Virus record (IMG/VR): IMGVR_UViG_3300014205_000214
Coordinates: 8,628 to 72,627 of that record
DNA length: 64,000 bases
Reading direction: 5' to 3' (one strand)
Source: a virus
Lineage: Duplodnaviria > Caudoviricetes
Below are positions 45,880 to 54,651 of this stretch, one piece after another. The translations under genes and the position numbers were made by a program. The notes under the pieces were generated by a model that saw only the letters and a list, made by a program, of their open reading frames with translations, ran no database searches and was not told the origin of the DNA. Each line of letters starts with the position of its first letter. The first letter of the stretch is position 1.

Positions 45880-46374
45880 ATGTCGAAGATAGCAATGGTT
45901 CCAGTAGCGTATGCTCAGAAACTCGGCTTGACCGTCACCACCGGCGAGAAGGGCAACGCAGTGCCTCACAACACTGGGCGACCTGTAAAGAAGGTTGACA
46001 AGCTTTGGGTAGCCAAGCTTTTGAAGGCCAACCCGCACTTTGCCGACCTGCCTGTTAGTAAGAACGGAGAAAACAAGGTGGGCGGGCGAGCCAAAACCGT
46101 CGCTCGTTTCGTGGTGGACGCATTCAAGCTTAGCGACGCGCAGGGATACTTGACAATTGGTGACTTGGCTGAGGTTGCCGGACTCAGTAGCGTCAATTAT
46201 GGGGCTGGGGCCAAGGAGTTGTCAGCGATTATCGCCAAAATGTGCCTTGCCGATTGCCTGACCGTCACAGGAAAGGGTCGCACCGCCTCAGAAATGAGCG
46301 ACGAAACGACCTTTAACCTTGACGATATCGAACTCGAAAACGCCGATGATATCGACCTTGACGACCTGTGCTAG
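45880..46374 (+). CDS. basic protein with an HTH-like segment and acidic tail (GC island)
   Basis: YLTIGDLAEVAGLS; C-terminus LDDIELENADDIDLDDLC; followed by a terminator. Confidence 0.7.
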   Translation: MSKIAMVPVAYAQKLGLTVTTGEKGNAVPHNTGRPVKKVDKLWVAKLLKANPHFADLPVSKNGENKVGGRAKTVARFVVDAFKLSDAQGYLTIGDLAEVAGLSSVNYGAGAKELSAIIAKMCLADCLTVTGKGRTASEMSDETTFNLDDIELENADDIDLDDLC

Positions 46375-46404
46375 TGCTCGCTTGCAGTAACCGATAACGA
46401 CCTA

Positions 46405-46439
46405 TTGGGCCAGCCTAAAAACTGGCCCAAAATTTTTTT
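46405..46439 (+). terminator. intrinsic terminator
   Basis: TTGGGCCAG/CTGGCCCAA stem plus T7. Confidence 0.85.
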
Positions 46440-46852
46440 GAAAAAATGAGTACATTTTTTCCTACCGTGTAGACATACTCGACAGGGGATTGAAAAGGAA
46501 TAAGCATAGCTTATCTGTTTATTTTTGCCCTTCGGGCGTTGAAAGGAATAGGCTAAAGCCTATCAGTTTTTTGTTTGTGATCCAGGCGGGTATTCTATTA
46601 GAGAAACTACACTAGTCCCGGCACTCCCTTTTCCTATACCTCATATACTTACAACTCCCACCAAAAATCCAAATAGTCTCTCCCAAACCTTAAAGGTAAT
46701 AAAAGCTAATAAACTTACTAGTCACTTATCAATTAACCTATTTAAGTTATCTTACAAGTTATACATCTAATATATTAAAAGAATAAACTATCCGAAAAAA
46801 TTTAAAACTATGTTCATTAAGATCTAGGTACTCCTAGATATAATAGGTATAG

Positions 46853-46863
46853 GAGTATTTATT
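46853..46863 (+). promoter_or_regulatory. putative late promoter
   Basis: GAGTATTTATT at the head of the rightward operon. Confidence 0.65.
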
Positions 46864-46899
46864 AAATAGTCGCATTTATTTTATTATACGGAGTAGATT

Positions 46900-47142
46900 A
46901 TGAAAAGAGAATTAAACAAACACAATAAATTTTACGTCGATAAGGCTGTAGCTAGCGTAAAAGAAACTGAAGAACTAAAAAAGTCAGTTGAAGAAGACCT
47001 TCAAGAACAACCCAAAGAAGAAGTGGAGAAAGCTCAAGCAAAACTTCTAAAATTTCTAGAAACAGATGTTAAGCAACCAGACAAGAAAGAAGTTGTCCAC
47101 AAGGACTTAAAAGATGTTGCCAAAGGTAGAGATGAAAAGTAA
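46900..47142 (+). CDS. charged hypothetical protein
   Basis: GGAG RBS. Confidence 0.65.
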   Translation: MKRELNKHNKFYVDKAVASVKETEELKKSVEEDLQEQPKEEVEKAQAKLLKFLETDVKQPDKKEVVHKDLKDVAKGRDEK

Positions 47143-47632
47143 ACCGTCTGAAGAACAACTTGAAACTATCTATAAAATAGCTAAACAAATTTCTTCTGAC
47201 AAATGGGTTCCCGGTTACACCAAGGAAGACATTCAACAAGAAGCTATCATTATTGCTCTTAAAGGCTTCTATAGATATAATGGCTCGATTCCCTTTGATA
47301 AATTCATTGGGAATCATATGAGAAATCGTTTAATTACTTTACGCCGGGATAAGTATGTTAAACCTGGATGTTCTTGCGGGAAATGTAAAAAATGTCTTCA
47401 CAATACTTCCCGAATAAATATCATGAGTCCCTCTGATATATCTTCTGAAAATCCTAAACTAGAATATAATGTTGAGGATTCTGTTGCTTCTAAAGAATTA
47501 ATGGAATATTTAGATGATTTTATTCCAGCAGAACTTAGAGACGAATATCTTAAACTTACTCAAGGGTGTTATGTTTCTAAGGAAAAAAAAGCAAAACTGA
47601 AAGTAATTATAACAGAAGCTCTTTATGGTTAA
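47114..47632 (+). CDS. phage sigma-factor-like protein with a Cys-rich insertion
   Basis: Region-2-like EDIQQEA...Y....F..F...MRNRL..LRRD; CSCGKCKKC; weak region 4. Confidence 0.65.
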   Translation: MLPKVEMKSKPSEEQLETIYKIAKQISSDKWVPGYTKEDIQQEAIIIALKGFYRYNGSIPFDKFIGNHMRNRLITLRRDKYVKPGCSCGKCKKCLHNTSRINIMSPSDISSENPKLEYNVEDSVASKELMEYLDDFIPAELRDEYLKLTQGCYVSKEKKAKLKVIITEALYG

Positions 47633-48512
47633 AAAAGCTATTAGTCACAATGGTCAGAAATCTGGACCATATTCTTCCGAAGAAAAGAACTATATTAGTG
47701 ATCAAGCGGGGAAAATATCTCCAGAAATGATTGCTCAAAAACTTCTAAGAAATCCTAAAAAAATAAGAGATTATATGACCAAGCAAGGTCTTATGAAATA
47801 TTATTATAAGGAAGATCTAGAAAAAGATCAATTACAGAATATTAGAAAGAGTAAGTATTGGAATATCTTATGTGAACAATTTTCTAAAGAAGAACTAGAT
47901 TCTTTTGAATATCACTGGCAAAATATAGTTAAGCAATTCCGCGATGATATTTTACATACAGAAGAACTTCAAATAGTAGATGCTATTAAACTTCAATTAA
48001 TGATGGATAGAAATCAGAAAAAGCAAAAACAAGCAATGGACCATATTGATTTTCTTCGAGCTGAAATTACTAAAGAAAGAAAAAGTCCTTCTCCGGATGA
48101 TAAAAGAATACAAAGCTTTAGTCAAGATCTTGCTGCTTGTTACTCTGGAATAGAAGCTTTAGATAAAGATCATATTATGCTTCTTAAAGAAAAAAACAAT
48201 ACTCTTCAAAAGCTAAAAGCTTTAAGAGAACAAAGAGTAAGCCAAATAGAAAACTCTAAAGAAACATTAATTGGTTGGGTTAAACAACTTTATATGAATC
48301 CCAAACTAAGATACGAATTAGGATTAAAAATGGAAAAGATGAGAATAGCAACACAAGTAGAATATAATAGACTTTCTGCTCCTCATACTTTTGCTGATGG
48401 TGTTGTTGATAGACCTATTTTAAATCATGAAACAATATGTATGACTTTGACCCCGAACAATACAAAAGAAGATATCGAAGAGAAAGAACTGATTCCGGAT
48501 TTGAACCAATAA
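47625..48512 (+). CDS. candidate terminase small subunit (HTH plus coiled coil)
   Basis: N-terminal GPYS.EE...I...L.R HTH; position before TerL. Confidence 0.4.
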   Translation: MVKKAISHNGQKSGPYSSEEKNYISDQAGKISPEMIAQKLLRNPKKIRDYMTKQGLMKYYYKEDLEKDQLQNIRKSKYWNILCEQFSKEELDSFEYHWQNIVKQFRDDILHTEELQIVDAIKLQLMMDRNQKKQKQAMDHIDFLRAEITKERKSPSPDDKRIQSFSQDLAACYSGIEALDKDHIMLLKEKNNTLQKLKALREQRVSQIENSKETLIGWVKQLYMNPKLRYELGLKMEKMRIATQVEYNRLSAPHTFADGVVDRPILNHETICMTLTPNNTKEDIEEKELIPDLNQ

Positions 48513-48721
48513 GGAAACAATGTCTTTCTCGGGATAAATATAAATGTAAAATGTGTGGCTCTAAAAAACCTCTACAAGTTCATCATATTATTAGGTACGC
48601 TAATAGTATTGCTCTAAGAAATGAACTATCAAACCTAATTTCTCTCTGTAGAGAATGCCACACTAAAGTAACTGGTAACGAAAAGCATTATATAGAATAT
48701 CTTCATGGATTGATTAAATGA
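48437..48721 (+). CDS. HNH endonuclease, packaging-associated
   Basis: RDKY.C..CG....L.VHHI...NL..LC..CH. Confidence 0.85.
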   Translation: MYDFDPEQYKRRYRRERTDSGFEPIRKQCLSRDKYKCKMCGSKKPLQVHHIIRYANSIALRNELSNLISLCRECHTKVTGNEKHYIEYLHGLIK

Positions 48722-49158
48722 AGGTTTTTATTGATTCCCGAGAACAATATCCATTAAGTTTCTCTTTTTATGGATTTGAAGAAGAAGTCATAAAATTAGA
48801 AACTGGAGATTACTTCTTTGAAGATTATCCTGATCTAGTTATTGAAAGAAAAAGAACTACTGGGGAAATCTCAATGAATCTAAGTCAAAAATGGAAACAG
48901 TTTGAAGCAGAACTAATAAGAATGTCTAAATATAAATATCCTTATCTAGTATGTGAATTTCCTCTTGAATATATTGATATCTTTCCTGTTAAATCCGGAA
49001 TACCAACAAATAGGTTTTCTAAAATAAGAATGCCTGGATGGGTTATTAAAAAGAAACTATTAGAAAATTGTGCTAAATATAATATTAAACTAGTTTTCTG
49101 TAATAATCCAGAAGAAGCTCAACAAAAAATTATTGGGATATTACAAGAATGCAATTAG
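48718..49158 (+). CDS. ERCC4/XPF-family nuclease
   Basis: IDSREQ, L.TGDY, IERK. Confidence 0.8.
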   Translation: MKVFIDSREQYPLSFSFYGFEEEVIKLETGDYFFEDYPDLVIERKRTTGEISMNLSQKWKQFEAELIRMSKYKYPYLVCEFPLEYIDIFPVKSGIPTNRFSKIRMPGWVIKKKLLENCAKYNIKLVFCNNPEEAQQKIIGILQECN

Positions 49159-52100
49159 ACCTAAAGAATTCTTCTCCGGAATATATTGATAAGGTTAGAA
49201 ATGATTATAAAAGATATTCTGGATTAATCTTTAATGATGATACAGTTTATAATCCCTTATTAGAAATTCCAAAAGAAGTAGAAGAACAGCCACACTTATA
49301 TTATACTTGGCTTTTATCTAGACCAGAATATCTTAATTTCTTTTGTTCAGAATTTCTTAATGTTGAACCATTATTCTATCAAGCATGTATTTTAGAAGAA
49401 CTTTGGAATAGAAAATTTCCAATGTTAATTGGTAGTAGAGGTCTTGGTAAAACCTGGATGTTAGCTGTTTATATTATGTTAAGAGCTACTATTCTTCAGG
49501 GTAGAAAGATTGTTGTTGCTGGGGCATCTTTTAGACAGTCTAAATTAGTATATGAATATTGTACTCAGATCTGGAATAATGCTCCTTTATTAAGAAATGC
49601 TGTTTCATCATATCCTGGTGATCAAGGTCCAAAGGGTGGTAATGACGCAGTTCACTTTAGAATAGGTGATTCTACTGTTATTTTTATCCCTATTGGCTCT
49701 GGAGGAACTATTAGAGGTCTTAGAGCAAATGATATAATTGTCGATGAGTTTTCTTGTTTGGGAGAGACAACTCTAATAGAAACACAAAATGGTCTAGAAA
49801 GAATTTCTGATTGTATTGATAGCCCAAATTTAAAACTTTATAATAGATATGGTAATTTAGAAATTCCGGAAAAAAGAATTAAAACACCTCTAATAGATGT
49901 TTATAAAATAGAAGTCAGGAACGGTTATAGTTTTAAATGTTCTTCTATTCATAAAGTATTAACGTCTAATGGTTGGAAATTAGCCAAAGATTTAACAAAT
50001 AAAGACTATCTAGTTTTTGAAAACAATTATAAATTCCCAATAAAAGAAATTCAAGGTTTGGATGAAGATATAGCTGAGTTAATGGGACTTTTAATTTCTG
50101 AAGGGTCTATTAATAATAGAAACTATATTTCTATAACAGGAACGTCTAAAGATTTAATGAGCTATTTAGATAAAAAATATAAATATTTAAATCCTAAAAT
50201 ATATACGAGAAAAGCAAAAATAGATTACAGAGGATGGAATTGTAAAGAGTCTTATAACTTTAATATTCATAATACTAAATTTAGAACAGATTTATTAAAT
50301 TTAGGACTGGATTATTCAATAGTTTATAATAAAAAAATACCTTGGTCTATTTTACAATCCCCAAGAAATATAATTATTAAGTTTTTAAACGGTTTATTTA
50401 ATGGCGATGGTTCCTGTTTTATTTTTAATGCAAGAAATAAAAAAAGACTAGGAGTTGCTTATTATAGCGTTTCAGAACAGTTAATAGATGAACTTCAAGT
50501 TTTATTATTTAAGCTTGGATATTTATCCAATAAACAGGTTAGAAAAAGTAAAATTAGTAATAAGCCACAATGGATGATCAGACTAAACGGAGAATATGCT
50601 TACGATCTAGCAAAAGAATTAAATATACCAAGATTTAATGACATTTTAGATAACGAAGAATACGATGTTCACAAAAGAACTAATTATGTAAATTTTAGAA
50701 ATGGATATTATTGCGTAGATTTGTGTTATCTTAGTAAAAGCTATAATCTTGGAACTAAATTTAAAAATAAAGAAGATGCTTTAAAAGCCGTTGATAATTT
50801 TTTCGAAAACAATAAACAATGTCTTTTAGTTAAATCTGTTAAAAAACTTAAAGAAAAAGAGCATCTTTATGATTTCGTATTACCAGAAACCCATTCTTTT
50901 ATTGGTAATGGATTTGTTCAGCATAATTCACATAGTAAAGAAATCTTTGAAAATGTTATTGCTGGTTTCGCTGCTGTTCAAGGTTCTCCACAGGATAAAG
51001 TATCAGATAGACTAGAAGAAGACTTTAATAAAATGTTTGGGTTTGATATTTTAGAAAGAAAAGATGATCTAAATATATCTAATCAAATTATTATTTCTGG
51101 AACAGCATATTACTACTTTAATCATTTTGCTGAATATTGGGAAAAATGGCATAAAATAATTGTTTCTAGAGGCGATCCTAACAAACTAGAAGAAATTTTT
51201 CCAGATGGTATAGAACCAGGTTTTAGCTGGAAAGATTATTCTGTTATTAGAATACCATATGATATTTTGCCTAGTCAGTATATGGATGAAGGTAACATTG
51301 CTAGATCTAAAGCAACATTAAATTCAACCTTATTCCTTATGGAAATGGGAGCAATTTTTTCTAAAGACTCTGATGGTTTCTTTAAAGCTTCTCTAGTTGA
51401 GTCTTGCGTGGCTTCAGAAAACAATTTAATAGAAAAGTCTTCCGGAGTTGTTAATTTCTTTCCCAGACTAAGCGGGGATAATGATAAAAAATACTATATG
51501 GGTGTTGATACGGCTTCTCAAGTAGATAATTTTGCCATTGTTATTTTAGAAGCCCATAAAGACCACAGAAGAATTGTTTATTGCTGGACAACTAATACTA
51601 AAGAATTTAAACAAGGTAGAAAATCTGGACAAATTGCTGAAACAGACTTTTTTAGATATTGTTCCGGAAAAATTAGAGAACTACTTGTAAGATTTCAAAT
51701 AGAAAAAATATCAATCGACTCTCAGGGTGGCGGTAGAACTATTTATGAGTCTTTACATGATAAATCTTCTCTTAAACCTGGAGAGCAAATGATTTGGGAA
51801 GCTCTTGAGCCAGGGAAACTTAAAGAAACAGATTCAGAAGAGGGTTTACATATTATTGAACTGGTTAACTTTAGAAAACAAGAATATACTGTTAGCGCTA
51901 ATCATGGTCTTAAAAAAGACTTTGAAGATAAGAAATGTTTGTTTCCCGAATATAATCCAGCTATTTTAGCTAGTTATTCAGGCTTAGAAGGTAAATTTGC
52001 AGAGTACATGGAAGATAATATTATCAATATAGAAGAACTTAAAAGAGAATTAACTCTTATAGTTGTTACTTCTACTGCAAATGGTAATGAAAGATTTGAT

Positions 52101-52322
52101 ACTCCAGAGAACAAAATAACTGGTACTGAAAAAGGTGCTTATAAAAAAGATAGATATTCAGCTTTAATCATGGCTAATATGGCAGCTAGACAAGATTATC
52201 ATAATGAAAATGATTATTCTTCCCGCTCAATTGAACAAATGGCTAATAGATCTCTAGAAACAAGTCAAGCTAATTTTATTGGTCCTTCTTGGATTGTTAG
52301 TAAACTCAATGATCTATATTAA
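49149..52322 (+). CDS. terL: terminase large subunit with intein
   Basis: Walker A SRGLGKT, RG.RA..IIVDEF Walker B, RNase-H-like MGVD.A...D, C-terminal D.YSA. Confidence 0.9.
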   Translation: MQLDLKNSSPEYIDKVRNDYKRYSGLIFNDDTVYNPLLEIPKEVEEQPHLYYTWLLSRPEYLNFFCSEFLNVEPLFYQACILEELWNRKFPMLIGSRGLGKTWMLAVYIMLRATILQGRKIVVAGASFRQSKLVYEYCTQIWNNAPLLRNAVSSYPGDQGPKGGNDAVHFRIGDSTVIFIPIGSGGTIRGLRANDIIVDEFSCLGETTLIETQNGLERISDCIDSPNLKLYNRYGNLEIPEKRIKTPLIDVYKIEVRNGYSFKCSSIHKVLTSNGWKLAKDLTNKDYLVFENNYKFPIKEIQGLDEDIAELMGLLISEGSINNRNYISITGTSKDLMSYLDKKYKYLNPKIYTRKAKIDYRGWNCKESYNFNIHNTKFRTDLLNLGLDYSIVYNKKIPWSILQSPRNIIIKFLNGLFNGDGSCFIFNARNKKRLGVAYYSVSEQLIDELQVLLFKLGYLSNKQVRKSKISNKPQWMIRLNGEYAYDLAKELNIPRFNDILDNEEYDVHKRTNYVNFRNGYYCVDLCYLSKSYNLGTKFKNKEDALKAVDNFFENNKQCLLVKSVKKLKEKEHLYDFVLPETHSFIGNGFVQHNSHSKEIFENVIAGFAAVQGSPQDKVSDRLEEDFNKMFGFDILERKDDLNISNQIIISGTAYYYFNHFAEYWEKWHKIIVSRGDPNKLEEIFPDGIEPGFSWKDYSVIRIPYDILPSQYMDEGNIARSKATLNSTLFLMEMGAIFSKDSDGFFKASLVESCVASENNLIEKSSGVVNFFPRLSGDNDKKYYMGVDTASQVDNFAIVILEAHKDHRRIVYCWTTNTKEFKQGRKSGQIAETDFFRYCSGKIRELLVRFQIEKISIDSQGGGRTIYESLHDKSSLKPGEQMIWEALEPGKLKETDSEEGLHIIELVNFRKQEYTVSANHGLKKDFEDKKCLFPEYNPAILASYSGLEGKFAEYMEDNIINIEELKRELTLIVVTSTANGNERFDTPENKITGTEKGAYKKDRYSALIMANMAARQDYHNENDYSSRSIEQMANRSLETSQANFIGPSWIVSKLNDLY
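49755..50927 (+). mobile_element. 391-aa intein with LAGLIDADG endonuclease
   Basis: Begins C (CLGETTLI) after VDEFS and ends HN before S; LMGLLISEG and FLNGLFNGDG blocks. Confidence 0.92.
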
Positions 52323-52325
52323 AAA

Positions 52326-52336
52326 GAGTATTTATT
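52326..52336 (+). promoter_or_regulatory. putative late promoter
   Basis: GAGTATTTATT before the portal gene. Confidence 0.65.
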
Positions 52337-52367
52337 AATAGTATTACCAATCCAATTAGGGAAAACC

Positions 52368-54344
52368 ATGTCTATTCAAGTAACTCCTAAAGATTACATT
52401 CAACTTCCAGAAGATCTTTACCAAGAAGATGACGGTAATCTTATTATGAGATCTACCGCTTCAAGAGCTAGAACTTTTGAAGGATGGAGTGGTGACACGT
52501 CTGTAAAAAGTACGTTTACCAGATCTGATTATGAATATTTCAGAGAACCAAACTCTTTAAAATCAAGAGCTTCAATAACAACTCTTTGTCAAGAAGCTTA
52601 TGAAAAAATTGGTATCATTAAGAACGTTATTGATTTAATGTCTGATTTCGGTTCTAAAGGTATAAGAATAAGACATTCTGATCCAGAAATTGATAAGTTT
52701 TGTCAAAAATGGGGAGACAAAGTTAATATTCAAGAGAGAAGTGAAAGATTTCTTAGTTCTCTTTATAAATCTGGTTCAGTTGTTATTTATGAAACAAGAG
52801 GTAGAGCCAAGAATAGTATAACTTCAAAATATATACCGGTTGGATATACATTTCTTAATCCTGCTGCTATAGAAATTGTTGGAGAAGATAAAGGAATTCT
52901 TCCATCTGATTTTAAATATGTAGTTAAATATTCTCAAAATACCTTAAGATTATTAAGTATGGAAGATAATATTAAGTCTGTTATTCCGGAAGATCTTAAA
53001 AAATATAAGAATACTACTAATCCACTTCCTTCTGATAAAGTATCTGTTTATAATTATAAAAAAGATGACTGGGCCTTTTGGGGAAACTCAATTATTTACG
53101 CTCTTTTGGATGATCTTAAAGTATTAGAAAAATTAAAGCTTTCTGATATTGCTGCATTAGATGGTGCTATTTCTTCTGTTAGATTATGGACTGTTGGTAA
53201 ACTAACAGATAATCCACAAACAACAATTCTACCAACTAGAGCTATGCTTCAAAAGGTTGCAAGGATAATTGCAAATGGTGTTGGTGGTGGCTCTATGGAT
53301 CTTGTTTTTGGTCCAGAACTAGACTTTAAAGAATCTGGAACTACTATTCACCAATTTTTAGGTGAAGCTAAATATAAACCAACACTAGATTCTATTTATG
53401 ATGGTTTGGGTATTCCATCTCCTTTAAGAAGCTCTAATAAAACTAATGCTGCTGGAAACACGGTATCTCTTAAAACATTAGTTGAAAGACTTAATTACGG
53501 AAGAATATTACTTATTGACTTTTGGAAGAAGCAACTAAGAAAAATATTTGAAACCCTCGGATTTAAAACTGATGAAGATCCAATTATTGATTTTGACCAC
53601 ATGGTTCTTACAGATGAAGCAGCAGAAAAGAAATTAATATTAGATATGGCTGATAGAGATATTATTGATGTTGAAACAGTAAGAGAAAGATTTAATCTTA
53701 TTCCCAAAATTGTTAAAAGAAACCTTAAAAAGGAAACTTCTGAAAGAGGTAAATCTGAACCAATTAAAGCCGGACCATTTCATAACGCAAATGTTAAAGA
53801 TGATCTTAAAAAACAACTTCTACAATCTGGCGTGGTTTTCCCAAAAGAACTTGGATTAGATATTGGGGTCACTGATGAAGAAGTCCAAAAAAGAACAAAA
53901 GCTAAAGAAAAAGCTGCAAAACAAGCTAAAAGTCTTGGAAATAAACCATTTACAGATACTCCAGGTAGACCTAAAAATATTACAGAGACTAAAAAAAGAC
54001 AGAAAAAGGCTTCTGCTATAGTTTGGGCTTCTAATGCTCAAAAAGAGATATCTGATATTTTTACTCCAATAGCTTTAAAAATTTATGGAAAGAAAAACGT
54101 AAGAAGCCTATCAGAAGATGAAACTAATAATCTTGAGATATCAAAGGCTAAAATTCTTCTTTCTATAGAACCTTTTTCAGAAATTAATGAAGAAGCTATA
54201 TCTAAAGCTATTGCTATTAAAGTAGATATTTCTGATTTGATATCTTTCTGGAATGATACGGAAAAAGAATTAGGTGAACTTACAGTGGCTCAAAAAAGAG
54301 AAATTAACAGTATTTTTTATTCAGAAAGTAAAATAAATGGCTAA
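52368..54344 (+). CDS. portal protein
   Basis: Follows TerL; I..VID....F...G and later helical motifs typical of portals. Confidence 0.7.
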   Translation: MSIQVTPKDYIQLPEDLYQEDDGNLIMRSTASRARTFEGWSGDTSVKSTFTRSDYEYFREPNSLKSRASITTLCQEAYEKIGIIKNVIDLMSDFGSKGIRIRHSDPEIDKFCQKWGDKVNIQERSERFLSSLYKSGSVVIYETRGRAKNSITSKYIPVGYTFLNPAAIEIVGEDKGILPSDFKYVVKYSQNTLRLLSMEDNIKSVIPEDLKKYKNTTNPLPSDKVSVYNYKKDDWAFWGNSIIYALLDDLKVLEKLKLSDIAALDGAISSVRLWTVGKLTDNPQTTILPTRAMLQKVARIIANGVGGGSMDLVFGPELDFKESGTTIHQFLGEAKYKPTLDSIYDGLGIPSPLRSSNKTNAAGNTVSLKTLVERLNYGRILLIDFWKKQLRKIFETLGFKTDEDPIIDFDHMVLTDEAAEKKLILDMADRDIIDVETVRERFNLIPKIVKRNLKKETSERGKSEPIKAGPFHNANVKDDLKKQLLQSGVVFPKELGLDIGVTDEEVQKRTKAKEKAAKQAKSLGNKPFTDTPGRPKNITETKKRQKKASAIVWASNAQKEISDIFTPIALKIYGKKNVRSLSEDETNNLEISKAKILLSIEPFSEINEEAISKAIAIKVDISDLISFWNDTEKELGELTVAQKREINSIFYSESKING

Positions 54345-54606
54345 AGTAATAGTTACATATGACACAGATACAAAAGAACTTGGAATGACCATAGATGGAG
54401 AAGATAAAGGAGAGTTACAATCTTTTAATGTTTATACGGAAGGTGACGGAGAAGGTAAATATGGTTATTTCTCAGCAGATTTTAAGGGTTCTAAAGAGAA
54501 TGGTGTTAGATATAGAATGTCTGCACATGGTTCAAAAATAGAAGAAACAGACCCTATACAAGACTTTGTTAGAAACAGTTTAGTTTTCGGTTCTAATAAA
54601 AAGTAG
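54337..54606 (+). CDS. hypothetical head-module protein
   Basis: Overlap-coupled ORF. Confidence 0.6.
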   Translation: MAKVIVTYDTDTKELGMTIDGEDKGELQSFNVYTEGDGEGKYGYFSADFKGSKENGVRYRMSAHGSKIEETDPIQDFVRNSLVFGSNKK

Positions 54607-54612
54607 AAATAA

Positions 54613-54623
54613 GAGTATTTATT
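54613..54623 (+). promoter_or_regulatory. putative late promoter
   Basis: GAGTATTTATT before the protease/scaffold gene. Confidence 0.65.
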
Positions 54624-54651
54624 TTATAGATAAGTTTAGTTAAGGTTAAAT

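Larger units (their letters stand above)
44990..46570. other. GC-rich island at the early/late divergence point
   Basis: Spot counts: 35/60 and 38/60 GC inside, 14/60 and 11/60 in the flanks. Confidence 0.85.
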
